This document shows, piece after piece, positions 13,301 through 27,338 of a stretch of 64,000 nt of DNA. This DNA is from Phoronis australis. Lineage: Eukaryota; Animalia; Phoronida. Where the stretch lies: NCBI GenBank assembly GCA_002633005.1, contig NMRA01000254.1:62001-126000 (forward strand), given 5' to 3'. Position 1 is the first letter of the stretch, and each line of letters opens with the position of its first letter. Position numbers and translations under genes: made by a program. Under the pieces are notes generated by a model that saw nothing but the letters and a program-made list of their open reading frames with translations, was not told the DNA's origin and searched no databases.

Positions 13301-16300
13301 AAGACTCGACGCGTAGCATAACGTCAACTCGCCAAATGCAACCAAACGGGAACTGGGGTCGCCAAGGCAAGGAAACTCCACATGGGTGTTGAGGAAGTTC
13401 TGTCCCCTACAAACAACGCATAGTTCAGTGGCAACATCCGAAACTGAAATAAACGAGGCACCTGAATAGAAGAGAAGAAACTGCGAACTCTGCAAATGTC
13501 CGCAGGTCGCGCGATACCCGAGATCGCACGAATGACGTTTTTTGTTTGAACGGAAAATTACGAGTATGTCGCAGGTTCACCTCCTCAAGCAGAAGCAGAC
13601 GATTGACGCGCGTTACATGATACATAACCTGGCCATTCCAATCTTTGGCCAACGGCTCCGACTCGCGCCTGCCTATTTCGTGTAGTATTTTGAGTGCGTC
13701 ATCGAACATGTGCGTGACGACTTTGACGCGACTTGGAAGTAAACAAAAGTGAAATAAATGGTAACACACACAAAGTAACGTAAAGAATACAACAAAGGAG
13801 AATTAAATATCACCGTTATAAAGAAAGAAAATATAAATAAAAAGTACCTTATGTACAGCGCTATCATGAATTTGTTGAAAAGAAGTTTCAATTTGTGTGT
13901 TCTTAGCAAGGGTTGTAGGTAGAGAATATTAATACTTTGCTAGCTCCTCATCATGCATCGTGATACTTGTAGGCCTAATAGTATTCATCGCTCTGCATCC
14001 AGTGCCAAGTTTATGACGTCTTAATTAAAATCACCACCCATTCAGTCCAGCGCATAAACTGGGGGATACGGCTATTGGCCTGAAAATGGACAAAACGGTC
14101 GATATGATGAACCTCCGATGAGCAACACGTGCTGTTGAAGAGTATCCCCTCAATATATATCCATTGCGTAGGTCAATAACACCATTGAGAGCAATCAATG
14201 TCTCATTTAACTGTATCGCCTGTTGAAGAATTTTAAACGAATTTTCATCAAGGCATGACACCTGTGAAAAGGTAAACGGTTTGATTTCTGCACTATGTCT
14301 TCTGAGCTTTGCTCGCCCGCAGAAATTTGCTCATAAATTTTTCGCATCGGACATTGAGTTCATTTTGTGGAGTTCGCATGCATTCAGTTTTCAGTTTTTT
14401 TCAGTTTGAGGTTCGCGATCGCGTTTTGAGGATATGGACGTGATCTAAGTTATGCTAATTGGTCGTTGAGCACTCACATTTTTGCGATTGTATTGGCGTT
14501 TATGCACCAGTTTGCGACGGACGTGTCATTTTTCGTTCGCTTTCCGGGAGTGGATTACCACTGGTGATTCACCAATACATGTGTTTTGATGAATCTTTTC
14601 TACTGTCTTTAGCTACCTCTCATGTTTGGCGCACAGTGATCGTTATTATTTGGCGAACGCATCGAAATGCAACGTGTTCTCTTTCGCAAGTTGTAGGCAT
14701 TCAATGTTTGGGTTTGGTCAAAACATGGGGTTCATCTTCATTATAGTCACTCTTAAATTCCCGCGTGAAGTTAAACCCTCGACAATGTCTAATCCCCTTA
14801 GCATCTGCTTTTCTGCCCATTTACTTCTTTTCCGCCGTCCACAGTGTTTCGAAGTGTACGTATTAGATAAGTTGCATTGAACGGCTGACGCCCCCCACTC
14901 AAGTGACATTTATGCTTACTTACTTCCGGTGGAATAAACCTTTTGAAAAATACCCGTTTTTAATTCTACTTTGAATTACTCAAGTCTGTGTGCATTGGTG
15001 TATATTATTTTCCCAGCAAGCTGATGGTCGCTTTCTACTGTAATCTCGTCAATTTTCATTCATTTTGTTCGACCAACTGAAAGATATGAAATATTTGACC
15101 CACGGTGATAACCGTTGGTCATCAATTTACGTTGACTCAAATATCCGGGTTTTTTTTGTTAAACACGTTTTGAATGATAACCAAATATAGGAATGTTACG
15201 GAACAGTATTTTTACGGTCGACCCCTCAAGTTACGTCCAAATTCTCGTTCACCGTATTTTGATGCTGCTCACAAATTGAAAAGTTATGAGTAAAATGTAT
15301 TGACGAATTTGCTGTACTATTCAAGGCATTCGAAATTTGAATGTATATGGGAGCAATAGATTCAGTAGACGTCGAATTTGCCTTGGTCGTCATTCTTTAT
15401 TTGACGTTTTACGTATTTCTGAACAACTCGGGATGTTGTCATACAAGGTGAGTTGGTTGCTATGCAACGTATGGCTCACCGACTCGCAGACATTCTCTTC
15501 GACTGTCCAACACGGTGCGAGACCCACAGAACACAGCTATAGCGTTAAAAACAAAAACAAAAACAAAAAATGAAATAACTCATGACCGTACTTTCAAATC
15601 AGGCTCACTGATCACCCGTCACGGTACAAGGAGGTAGAGTCAATGAATTGTGTTTGTGAGTCCGAGTGCGAGTTTTTGGAGTGCATGAACCGTATTTTGT
15701 GAGTCTGTTCTGTTCAGCCAGCCGTGTTGGAGAGTCGGCGAACCGAGTTTGCGGGTCGAGCTGTGTTTACTAGAAAAAGACCTATGTTTGCGATTACTAC
15801 AGCAGGATAAAAAATGTGGGGGGAGGCTAGTATTTTTGAGAATGTGGAACTTTTACATGTCTCACGAGGTACGTCCAGAGCTATGAATTATGCATTCGGC
15901 GAATTTTGGTAGTTCCTGCCTTTTTAGTGGAGTTTTGTCATTTTCTATTTTTTCGGAGTTTTTGTTTCCCCGAGGCGGACCTTTTGACAAAGGGGGGTGG
16001 AGCACAAGCGAGCCCACAGAACAGGATTTGTTATAAATTTGACCATTTGACTGTTTTACGTTTTGGGCAATGTCCCGGTGAAAAATTTCTGTCCACACAC
16101 GGCGGCACGTCTCCGTTTTTCTACAGGAATAAATCGAATCCCAAGTCTTTTGACTTGCATTGTGACCCCGTGACCTTTATCCATACCTCTGGCTGTGGCA
16201 GCCATTTACTTTGTAATTTTAATTTTTTGCATTTTTCTGTCGTTAGTTACAGTCAGTTATCATATGTCAGCCCTCCCCGCCCTGATAACGCGATAGTCAA

Positions 16301-19300
16301 CTCATCCACGCGTGGGATGATTGTCTAAGGGTGGAGAGAGTACGTATCTTCATACTGCAATATTGCTAGGGCGATGGAATTTCACCTGATTCAACTTTAT
16401 ACCAAACGATGTCTATAATACAACCATTATGCGCGGTGTATATCCATGTATTTACATACGTGATGTAGGATGAAACACAAATCTCCTCGTGTAAACAACG
16501 AGTGTTGAATCGAGTAACAAAACGTGTTATTTCTATCACGTTGAAAGTTCGAAAGAAAACAAACAATATCGATAATAGCGTTGTATCTCTTTAATCACGA
16601 AATTCACCTGCAGATATCGCCTTCGGACCGCAGTAGCCAATGCCGTGTTTATAATGATTATACACACTTTGTAAGCAAGGTGACATTTCCTGAACATTGT
16701 ACCGACAGATGAGGTTAAAAAGAATTTGTTATGGTAGTGAAAGATTTATAGGCAATGGCGCATGAAGAACAAGGGATAAAAACTGTAGTTTCTAAAGTCG
16801 CGAAATCATATAGGATTTTTCTATTACTTTGTTTTTTCTGTAAGCTCGGCGGTTGTCTACGGATTTTCATAACATCAAGCGATACATGTACATGTTGCCC
16901 CCGATCTGTCATTGTTGCCGCAGCTCACTGGCTATCATAACTCTGTATCTTGTCGACTCTAAGGCAATGGCAACTTCCCTTGAAAGTAGGAGAAATTCCA
17001 TCCAACTTGTACTAGGTTTACATGAACCTAATTTAAAAACGCTAGTGTTTTAGCGTTTCAGCCAGACAGACCAGATGTCCGCGAAAGTGTATTTTCCGCG
17101 CCAGCAGTTAGTTTATTCCCTCCTCGCCCGAATCGCTTTTAAAAGAAAATTGACGTGAAAACACGTTCACTCTCGGCCATGCATTGATTAAAGCAACGAT
17201 AGATAAAATCTTTTCTCCTCTGCGTATATGTGTCTTTTGAAATAAGCGGCATACAAAGGTGCTAGAAATCGTCAACAGCTTTGTGGTAACTCAAACCCGC
17301 ACAAGCGATGCGCAAATATAAGTGACGCCGTTACCGTTCAGTTGGCTGACGATTTCGCTACCAACAGCGGAAGTGCCAGCGATGTAGCCAGTTTGTAAAC
17401 ACGGTATATCTTTCTAGCTTGTCGATGGAATGCCGTTAGACTTGAATCAATCATTTCCCTGCACCCCGACAAAGTTGGAGGTGTCACAACTACATTTATC
17501 AGGGGCGGATCCAGGATTTTTAAAAGGGGGTCGGATCAAGGCTTTTTAAAAAGGGAGATCCAAGTCAACGATTTGAAAATTCTAGATTTGATATCACTAT
17601 AATCCAGGGAAAAAGGAGGTGTCTGGATCCCATTGTGCTTCTTGGTTAGAACATGTACTGCTCATATAGAGGCAAATCGATGGCAAATTCTTCTGGTTTT
17701 CGAATGGACAACTTTCTGTGACTGAATCCCCCGCGAAATGGTTCACTTTTAGAGCTAGAGTTGGGATTATTCAGTTAACTTCTAAATAAGGATTACATTA
17801 CTGGAACAAAACTCTACGGAAATAAAATTTAGTTTCTATCATGTAATGGACATTCATGTGGCTACTCAATGACACTAAAAAACGTGGGATGATACCAACC
17901 CCCTCATCCAAAACGGATGTTTCGCTTCTGACTGAAGGCTACCACTGACCGAGGTTGATTTTCTTTGTCCTTGATCTTTTATTATGTAACCCTGGTAGTA
18001 GTGCTGTATTTATATCAAATATGTAACCCCAGCTTTCAGTAGCATAAGGCCAATGAACGTTCACTTCCTAGAAGCGCTAAGCGGACATATTTCCTGAATG
18101 ATTCGTCCACCGATGTTCTATTTCGCGGTCGTTTACTGTTGGGAAGAGGTGGTAAAATTATCGAGTTGGCTTACTGAAACACTTGACAACTGATTTAGGT
18201 ATCGCTCGGTTGATTATTTGAACCAAGGATTTCAGGCTTTGTTAGTTTGAAGTGTCAAGAAGGAAATATTTTCGACAGGTATGTAAGGGGTTTGTTAGGC
18301 CTATTGTAGATGTATATGTTGGTTATTAGATTGTTTCTACGGGAGTATTTAGGTCTACTAAGATCTTTAGATCTAAGTGAAAATGAAGTGTCACGTCACA
18401 AGAAAACTACTTCAGTGCAAAGGGTTTAAGCTGCACGTTGGAATTTAAACAACGACAATTTTAATGTGATAAAGTGGTGTGAAGAACTATCGTTCCATTT
18501 TGTCTCAAAGCTTCTCAGATCTTTGAGGATCAGCGTTTTAGTTGATCTACACTAAAAAGATATAAAGCTGTGGTTATCACAGTGACTGACATTGTTGTCG
18601 CCAGATTATTGTATCGTCTCTGTGAATGACAGCGTTTGTGTATCCCCTGATATGTCCGACCACATGTGTCACTGAACTCTCTTGTCCACTGTGTTGGAAA
18701 TATTGTAAAAACAATAGAGGGCTTCACCCCAAGGTGACCCTGTTGCCTTTCCAAGGCGCTTGGTTTAATTATATCAGTGGTCATCTGCCGTGTCACGACC
18801 GTGTCTCTTAAGTTAACCCCATAAATTCACTTGGTAATAGTGATAAGAAGGGCAATGCTTGATTTCATTTGGCGACTTTTCCCAGAGGAATTCTCTGCGC
18901 TTTAAAAGAGCGTTTCTGTGAGAGAACGCGTCCATCCACGACGACTACATTGAAATGTGATAGATATGATGACAAAATATTAATCCTTATCTCTGTTTTC
19001 ACACCAACAGACAATTGACATTTGAGACCATAGCTCTTGACCCAAATGAAAGACTGAAAATCAGCTGATTGACTAGCTGTCGTCTGCAGCCTAATTTGAC
19101 GGGTGGTGACCTCTCATGGATATAACAGAAATTGTCATATTGATTCTGTTGACGTATGCTTTTAGTATCTCATTAATTGTGATAATAAGATATGTCTTAT
19201 CTGACCATTATAGATATTTCATGAACGTAGTATCGCAAGTATCCAAACGTGATGCCAGAGTTTTCTATCAAGCTCTGCGCATTACGTAATATAGCATCAT

Positions 19301-19487
19301 TCAGAAAATCCTGTTGATTTCTCAAGTACATTTATGTTTTGCTCGGGTCCGCTTACACGTACTTTTCGGCACCTGGCTTTCGCTAATCGATCGCTTCAGT
19401 ACTCACTTGACACATTCTAAGGATTTGTGGACGAATAATATGGGAGTATTTACAGTGATAATGAGTCGCTTTTCATTTACTTTGTAG

Positions 19488-19613
19488 TCTCAAGTGGGTA
19501 AGCAGTCCTTCTGGTGCACGAGGCGTGGAATAGAGTCAGCCATGGGAAAGCAGGGAGAATTTCACGATAAAATCAACGCGTTTAAGGAGAATTTATGCGA
19601 CACAGAGCATGAG
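19488..19613 (+). CDS. Spectraplakin exon, plakin domain (SQVGKQSFW...FHDKINAFKENLCDTEHE)
   Basis: tttgtag| and GAG|gtaatg, 126 nt, phase 0-0; resembles plakin W..DL..V......H..I..F. Confidence 0.75.
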
Positions 19614-19717
19614 GTAATGATTGTTCTTCCTAAGCCCTGCCTGTACAGTCCAGGTTTTCATGCAGGCCTGCGAGGCTTCGTATGTCAGTTTTGGCACTGC
19701 CAATTAGAAACTCCTGA

Positions 19718-20849
19718 TTGTCGTGTGCGACATCGTATGCGACTATTTAGCTCGTGTCGGAACACTCGTCGCTCACCTCGATCATTGAGGTTATATACCG
19801 CTACATATCGTGTACAAAACACCGAAGTGTGCAGAACGTCGGCGGAGGAGGCGTTTAAAGAAATGCTTTTCACTGTGGTATGCTGGCGGTGGCACAGGAG
19901 ATTTTCGAAAAAGCAGCCGTTCCGGGAATTCGCAGGCGAAAATTTCCTGCCAAACATACACGGAGTACTGGAGGTAGCGCATCATGTCCCAGCTGTGTTC
20001 ACAAAACAGAAAAAATGACGAATATTTAATCATCAGTATAATTTAGCATAAATAGCCTAAAACGCCACACTGTCGTATTTAGGCGAGTTTGTGGCATTCT
20101 TGAAAATACCTCATCATTGTTACTAAGGTCGTTGATTGCATTCTCATCGTATCCCGTGCTCTTATCTCGCCTATGTTATTGTCTGCGATTATGAGTTCCT
20201 TGTTTCGAACACGGAAGATGAAGGGACGTCTTCTAAATTGTATCTGTTTTACCGGCAAGGCATGTATGTCTACANTTGTCGTGTGCGACTTCGTATGCGA
20301 CTATTTAGCTCGTGTCGCGGGAACACTCGTCGCTCACTTCGATCATTGAGGTTATATACTACATATCGTGTACAAAACACCATAGTGTGCAGAACGTCGG
20401 CGGAGGAGGCGTTTAAAGAAATGCTTTTCACTGTTGTATGCTGGCGGTGGCATGGGAGATTTTCGAAAAAGCACCCATTCCGGAATTCGCCGGCGACAAT
20501 TTCCTGCCAAACATACACGGAGTACTGGAGGTAGCGCATCACGTCCCCGGCCAGCTGTGTTCACAAAACAGGAAAATGACGAATATTTAATCATCAGTAT
20601 CATTTAGCATAAAAGCCTAAAAACGCCACACTGTCGTATTTAAGCGAGTTTACGCTACGGAATTTAGTGACATTCTTGAAAATACCACAACATTGTTACA
20701 AAGGTCGTTGATTGCATTCTCATCGTATCCCGTGCTCTTATCTCGCCTATGTTATTGTCTGCGATTATGAGTTCCTTGTTTCGAACACGGAAGATGAAGG
20801 GACGTCTACTAATTGTATCTGTTTTACCGGCAAGGCATGTATGTCTACA
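19718..20849. repeat. ~560-bp tandem near-identical duplication split by a single N (probable assembly artefact)
   Basis: Copy 1 at 19718-20274, N at 20275, copy 2 at 20276-20849; the copies differ by SNPs and small indels. Confidence 0.85.
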
Positions 20850-21897
20850 ATAGGGTTTGATTTATAGAAATCTTCAAACAATACTGTTCAACATATGGTA
20901 TTACAATAACAACAAAAGCGATTCGAAGTTGTAATAACGCGTCTCCGCGTATCCTGTTGATCGTTTTGTAAAAACACGACGTCGCTTGAGGCAAGCAGTC
21001 AATTGGAAGTTTGCGCGTTGAATGTCGTTTTGAATCACTCTAATGCCCACAGAACTGACGATGTTATGAGGAGATGGCTTAAAATTGTTGGTAAATGATT
21101 TATCGTGGTTATCATGCACCTGTCACGATCACTGTCTGTCAATGTACAGCAGAAATTGCCGAACCGCAATACGAGGAAAACTTCAATCAGAATTACTTAA
21201 ATTAATGAGTCACGCAGACCTAATGATTTTCGTCTGCGTATTCCGCAAAAACGTCTTTCGCCTACTGAAATGATTCAGGACGAGAAGTTAGTGTTCTGGC
21301 ATTGTCACCGAACAATAATTGAACGCGTCGTCGATGGAAGGGTTACCGGAGAGGTCGAGAGTGGGGGTGGGAAATTATGGAAGCGATGTCATGTGTTTTC
21401 CAACTCGCACTAATTCAAAGAGCTTGAGAGGTGCTCTCCCGTCAAAGTCTGCGGCCATTTTATCTTTAAAGTTGTGTGCAACGGAAGCACCAACTTGCGC
21501 ATAAACTTGCAATAATTTAATGAACGCGCGGCTTGCCTGTTAAATTCGATTTATCAACAGCAACTATCTTGACTTTTCACTGGTTACATAAAACGATTTC
21601 AAGACTCACTTTGTCTTGGTCAAAATAATTTCATCTCATACACTACGGTACACTCTATGGCACGATAAAATCTTTTCATAGCGAAGAAAAGCAAACACGT
21701 CGTCTGTTTTTATTACGCCAAGCAAATCGATTCTTTCATTGCTTACAGGTCGTCACGCTGACCTGAGTAGCGACCTTAGATGAACTTTGACCTCGTTGCA
21801 TGTGGTCGATGTTAAATGAGTCCCTTGTGCATTGAAAAAACGGTGCGTATGCATTTGATTATTGACATCTTTGTTCAAACCGTCTGTTCATTTTCAG

Positions 21898-21945
21898 AGT
21901 ACAGAGCAGTTGGTAGAAGTTAACCAGAGTCTCTCCTGGCTATCT
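21898..21945 (+). CDS. Spectraplakin small exon (STEQLVEVNQSLSWLS)
   Basis: ttttcag| and TCT|gtaagt, 48 nt, phase 0-0, open frame. Confidence 0.65.
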
Positions 21946-24900
21946 GTAAGTACACCTTGTCAAATGTTTAGTTATTATGATTTATTACTATTCAATCGAT
22001 AACGGTCTGTTGCGGGTTTTTCGTCGTTTGTAAAACATATAGGCCTAAGCACTGAAGAACGTTGGAAAGGTGCGTCGATTTATAGACCTTCGCTTTAAGG
22101 AATACTACCTTTTCATTACATATGTAACATTGTTTATATATGTATTGATGTACAGCATTCAGTTTTTTGGATAGCTGCTGTGTCCAAAACTCTCGCTAAA
22201 CGACTGAATTTGGCCTTATGGTTGCACCAGTTCACACATGTTAACTATTATTGGCCTGGTTTCCGTTTTCGTTTATTTATGGAGTCACGCGGAAAGTTTT
22301 TATTCAATATCTAGACGTTAGAGCAAACGGATGTTAGAGCCACAATGCTAAGAATTTTACGCGATCTGTAACTCGATGATTGTTTTCTACTCTGGCAGTG
22401 TACTAAAACGACATTGGTGAATACACAGAACATACACATTGACTTGTCGACAATGTTGTCTTAAGGTCGTTTATCGACGGTATTAGTTATTTCGATGCCT
22501 TTTCATTCGCACCAAGTTCTTTATACCGACGTAATTATGTTTTAACGTCATTCATAAATTACTGCCATTGATCGTTTAGTCAACGTACAAAAGGTGCGCT
22601 GAAGGGTTATGTTGATTTACAGTACATGTAGGGCAGGGTCTTTGAATTCTTTGCTTGGCCTGTCCGTAAACTTTTATCCTGTTTTAAAAGCCCATTGCCG
22701 GGCGTGCACAGTACCGAGGCGAGTGAGCTAATGTTTACGATTTTTATACTTTCCAACGTCTTTTCCCTCCTCTGTTTTATTGATTTTGCTGTGGACAGAC
22801 ATTCCGCTCAACTGTCGGTGTAGCCTAAGTCTCGCACACTGAGTCTAGCTAGCGACGATTTCGCGACTAGTAGAATGGTTTCTTTTATAAACCTAAATCT
22901 GCGATTATTTCTGTAGGTTTTTGGTAAATCTATATGAAATTAAGGCGGTGGAAACGGTAAGGTTTTTGATGTGCACCTGTGCAAAGTAGTTGATGGTTTT
23001 TGTAACAGGCAATGGCAAAACGGTTTTGCAATTTTTACTGTTTGTGCTGGTAAAGGCGACTCCGTTCAAGTTTTGGTTAGGTGCTGTTTTCTTAATCAAG
23101 TGCACCTGCAAAATATTATTTCTGAACTTTTTAAGATAGCGCTTCGAGCGCTGCTTTGAACATAAATATCATGTTAAAGTGCGCCTCCTCGCTCAAATGT
23201 ATAGGCTTATATCTAGGTCTGCCTTTCAGTAATTTAATTTGCCCTTCAACTTACGATAAGACAAGCCTGTCCACAGCGTCATGTGGCGTAGAAGTTGAAG
23301 TTTTTAATCAACGGCCTCCAGAAACTGGGTCTCGTGCGTTCAGTAAATGGAGTTTGGGCAGACGTAACGGCAATAGGTCCCACATTTTAAGAAACCACTT
23401 TGATACCCGTTATCCAGCGGAGAAAATTGGTTCGCAAAATGCAGGATCTCTGTTAGTGACTGCTATCGAGGAAATAAACAAGCATAAAAAGCATAACGTA
23501 ATGCGTGTTTATGTTCGAGTGTCACTGCGACCTTCAAGTCGTCAACGCGACCTCTGTGCACCAACACATGCCAAATAAATAGGACACCTCAGTATAGATT
23601 TTGACATTTTACTTTGAATGCAGTGTATAATATATTTATGGAACAGAGCAGTGGACAGCAAGAGAATTTATCGTAAGCGATTGTAACGCAAATGGTTGTT
23701 GCATGAACAACAAAGCCTTTGTTTAAGCAACCTGATACTAGAAGCCAAATGAAGCAACATCAGAGGCTAATCGCGAAAATTGGCTTGTCGTGTCAAACCG
23801 CTTGTTAGCGATTTTTGTGGCAAGGCAAGTAAGTGTGTGTTAATTTCCATGTCCGGCAAACTGGTGTGGCAAATCTACACTATTTCAAACTGGACAAGAA
23901 GAAAGCACACAAACCACAAATCAAGTTTCGATCAAATTTTGGTATAATTGTGTAATTTTTAGACTTTCTAGAGTAAGCCTATCGTTTTTATAAATGATTA
24001 TTTTCAGAAAGGTATATTTTCGGAAGCACTCATTTTATAACTAATGAGGGTAACGGAATAAGTAGACTGGAAAGAACCGAAAGGTGTTGAGTCATACTGA
24101 TTCACAGGCGTAAAATACCTTTCACGTCATTCTGACTATAAACATATTTTGATCGGTTATAACTGCAATGAATCCAGAGCAATACTTTGCAAGCTGGTGA
24201 CCATACCTGCGCCACTCAAAATGTTTTCTTGAGGTGGGCGTTTGCGCTTCATCCATATGTTGCAAGTTATGATTCATAACTTAGTAATTACCAAAAAGAC
24301 ACCACGCCACATGTCTAATAATTGTTTTCTATGATTTTAACGAGGTCTACACGTGTCCTTTGTGTGTTTGGCTGCAAGCAAACAGAAATTAATGACGTCT
24401 TCGGTTCGCAAGTTTAAGAGTGTAAAATTAGCAAAACAGCCATATGAGAAAATGTCGAAACAGATATCCGTATCGTCTTTTGAAGATGACACTACAGGTG
24501 TGACTTAGGGTTTCGCGATTTTTTCATATGCTGTGATTGAAAGGAACATTATTGGAGAGAAAAGTAATTTTCTGTGATCATCCTCAGCGCGGAAACGAAC
24601 TTCCAACTCCCGCAGTCGCAGTGAAGCGTTCTGCTGGTGAAGGTAACTCCCATTCGATGAATGGCAGAGAGGTGCCGTTATTTTGCTATCACTGTGCCTT
24701 GTTTTTTTCCTAAATTTTACTAAAGAGACACAGTCACATGACCCACTCAGTGGCAGATTGCTAAATAATCGAAATCAAATTTTATAGGCTTTCCTCTTTT
24801 AGAAAATATACGCCTTTTTGAGTTAAAATCTAAAATTTTATAGATATCTGACTAAAGACACAGACTTGGTTCTGCATAAACCTAGTGCACGTAGCTGGTA

Positions 24901-25739
24901 AGGTCATGTGATTTGATTTCAGACAACTACGAAAATAGGCTATTTGTAATAAAACCATTACAAACGGGTTTTTTTATCTGTGGTCAAAGCTTAGAACTTC
25001 AAGAAGTACATTCTATCCAACACAAATTACGAAAAAATGCGTTTTTGGTCGTAAAACCTATTAAGTTTTTTTAAGTATCGATAAAGTTCTCAAGTGTCTT
25101 AATTTTTATTCCTAATTGCCCAAGCTACTGACAAAACACAAGGCGTGGAATCTACTCCCTAGCAGAGTTATATCATGTTTTTGCCGTGGAGTTATGTTTC
25201 TGCAAAGCGTGTTTTAGTGTTTCAACTCTGTTAGCTGGGTTCGGAATTAGTCAGCTGAGTTCGGAAACAGAATTAATTTTCGTCACTGGACATAAATGAG
25301 ATCTATAACCGAAAATTTATGCTCATAATGACGAAAATGCTGGTATGAGCAGAAGTCAGATTATACGATATTTCGATCGACCTTTGTCTGTTGTTCACGA
25401 ATGTAAACACAGAAACAGATTTATTGTTATGATTTTATCAATAATTTGGATGAAAGTGTTTCGCTTGAGGTCATCATCACATGCATACCCCACAACTTGA
25501 GAAGTTGTCCCACCTGGCCACTTTCGTCATAACCTCGGTAACTAACCTGTGGCCAAGGTTTTGTTACATTCCATCTTTCGCACTATTGTGCCAATATGTT
25601 GCGCGAGTTTTCCTCTTTCTGTCTTCCCTCATGTCAAATTGAAATTAAAAGTTTTGTTGTTTTATCACATTAGCATTAGCACTGGTGAGTATTGATTTTC
25701 ACTGTCTATACTGTTATAAAATCCGTCACCTTTTTACAG

Positions 25740-25811
25740 AAAATGGTGTCCAAGAAACAAGTCTGCTTGGAAACGCTGATGAGTATTTCGGATATTGAGA
25801 AACGCTACCAG
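25740..25811 (+). CDS. Spectraplakin exon (KMVSKKQVCLETLMSISDIEKRYQ)
   Basis: tttttacag| and CAG|gtaaga, 72 nt; resembles the plakin SKAR...LESL linker. Confidence 0.7.
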
Positions 25812-26136
25812 GTAAGAGTCTGGTGTCTAACAACATCCAAGTTGCTGCGTAAGATAACAACAGCGTGTTTTAAATATCTCAGCGAAGTGTTTTCCTTCGG
25901 ACAGACGGAACTCAAACGTGAGCCAACAATCGGCAGCAGGTGTCAGTAATCCTCCGGCGCTCTCTGTACAGCGTTCTGTAGACGCAACGAACTCGCAAAA
26001 GCGCAGGATCACACGGGATGTTGTGAAATCTTGCCATGCAACGGTAGTGCAGCATGTGATCACATTAGCTTCGCCCGAGTTTCTTGCGTCTACGGAACGC
26101 AACTCGGTGGTACAAGTAAAGACCGTAGTCTTTGGC

Positions 26137-26207
26137 CTCGCTGGTTCCCTGCGTGCTTAGCCCAGCCAGCTACCGCCCCACCTAGCGGCACGCAGGGAAC
26201 CAGCGAG
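26137..26207. mobile_element. 71-bp mini-MITE with perfect 20-bp TIRs and 10-bp target-site duplication
   Basis: CTCGCTGGTTCCCTGCGTGC / GCACGCAGGGAACCAGCGAG, flanked by AGTCTTTGGC at 26127-26136 and 26208-26217. Confidence 0.8.
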
Positions 26208-27249
26208 AGTCTTTGGCAGGCCTACAAGCACAAATAAGACCCCGTATTGTGGTGGTCTTCTGTGAATGGAAATAAAATACGTACGCGAGCGCCACATGTG
26301 AACTCCTCCTCTCTGTGTATTTACAGCGATGAGCGATTCTTTGGACTCAAAAGGTTTCTTTCTAGTTAGCAATTGTCCCGTTTGTGAAGAATCCTGAATT
26401 TTAGAGATCTAAATTATCCGAAGTCAAATTAAGAAATACTGAGTTGTACTTTTGAATTTCCTAAGTGTACCAGCGTCGTAAGCAGTTTCATGACATGTTA
26501 TGTGGTTCTGCAATGGCCGACTAAGTGACACTAAGTCGGCAATAGGGAGGGTGTGGGAATGGCACTCTCTCCCGTAGGGGAGAATTCAGGTCCTATATTT
26601 GGTGCATTCTAGATTTCTTAAATGCCTTTTTTGGTGTACTTTATGGAAAATATTTGTCTGGCAGTTGCCTGATCAGACTAAAGCTATTGCCCCCGGCCTC
26701 AGGCTCAGTGTCATTCATTTGTTGTGTCCACATTCCTCTACCACCAGTACCGTGCCCCTTCAAAAATGTTTTGTTGTGTTTTTAAAGGAGAATGCTACCC
26801 AGAAAACAACCTGTTTTGTATCAATTCAGATCGAGTAGTTCTACTCGACAACAGCACGTTCGGTTGCGTTACCTGACACCTGACAGCAGACGAAAGTGTT
26901 GAAATTATCCAATGGCGTAATTGGTTTCATACGCAGTCTGTTCAGCAGTTCACAACACGGGTTACTGGTGTCAGCTTATCACTTAAATTCATCGTTTAAC
27001 ACCAATAAATCATTAAACTTTGATGGAAAACCCTTAAAAATACACCAAGCTCTTATAAAAACGTGTTGTTTTATTTCGCTGTTACGGATTTACTGGTATT
27101 TGGATACACTGTAGCCTACGAAGTTCAGCAGGCACCGAGGAGTTTGGTGTCTGTTCGGAGATAAATTTGAAGTACTCTTCCGTGAAATACAGACAGGAGA
27201 ACCTAGATCTGTGTGGTTATTTTGAGTTCTAAACACACAAAATGCTTGT

Positions 27250-27338
27250 TATCCCGGCCAGTGGCTTGGAACCCAATCAGGCCTGTCACGGCCGACTGAT
27301 TTGCTATCCCGGCCAGTGGCTCGGAACCCAATCAGGCC
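27250..27338. repeat. Two 34-bp direct repeats (55-bp period), each containing CCAAT
   Basis: TATCCCGGCCAGTGGCT(T/C)GGAACCCAATCAGGCC at 27250-27283 and 27305-27338. Confidence 0.85.

Noticed and set aside
14031-14261. - strand ORF following a good ttttcacag acceptor
   Set aside because: No homology recognised and no partner exon found
19494-20534. Paired similar ORFs (174 aa and 132 aa) suggesting a duplicated gene
   Set aside because: Only 19488-19613 is exon-like; the rest is read-through into the N-split duplicate
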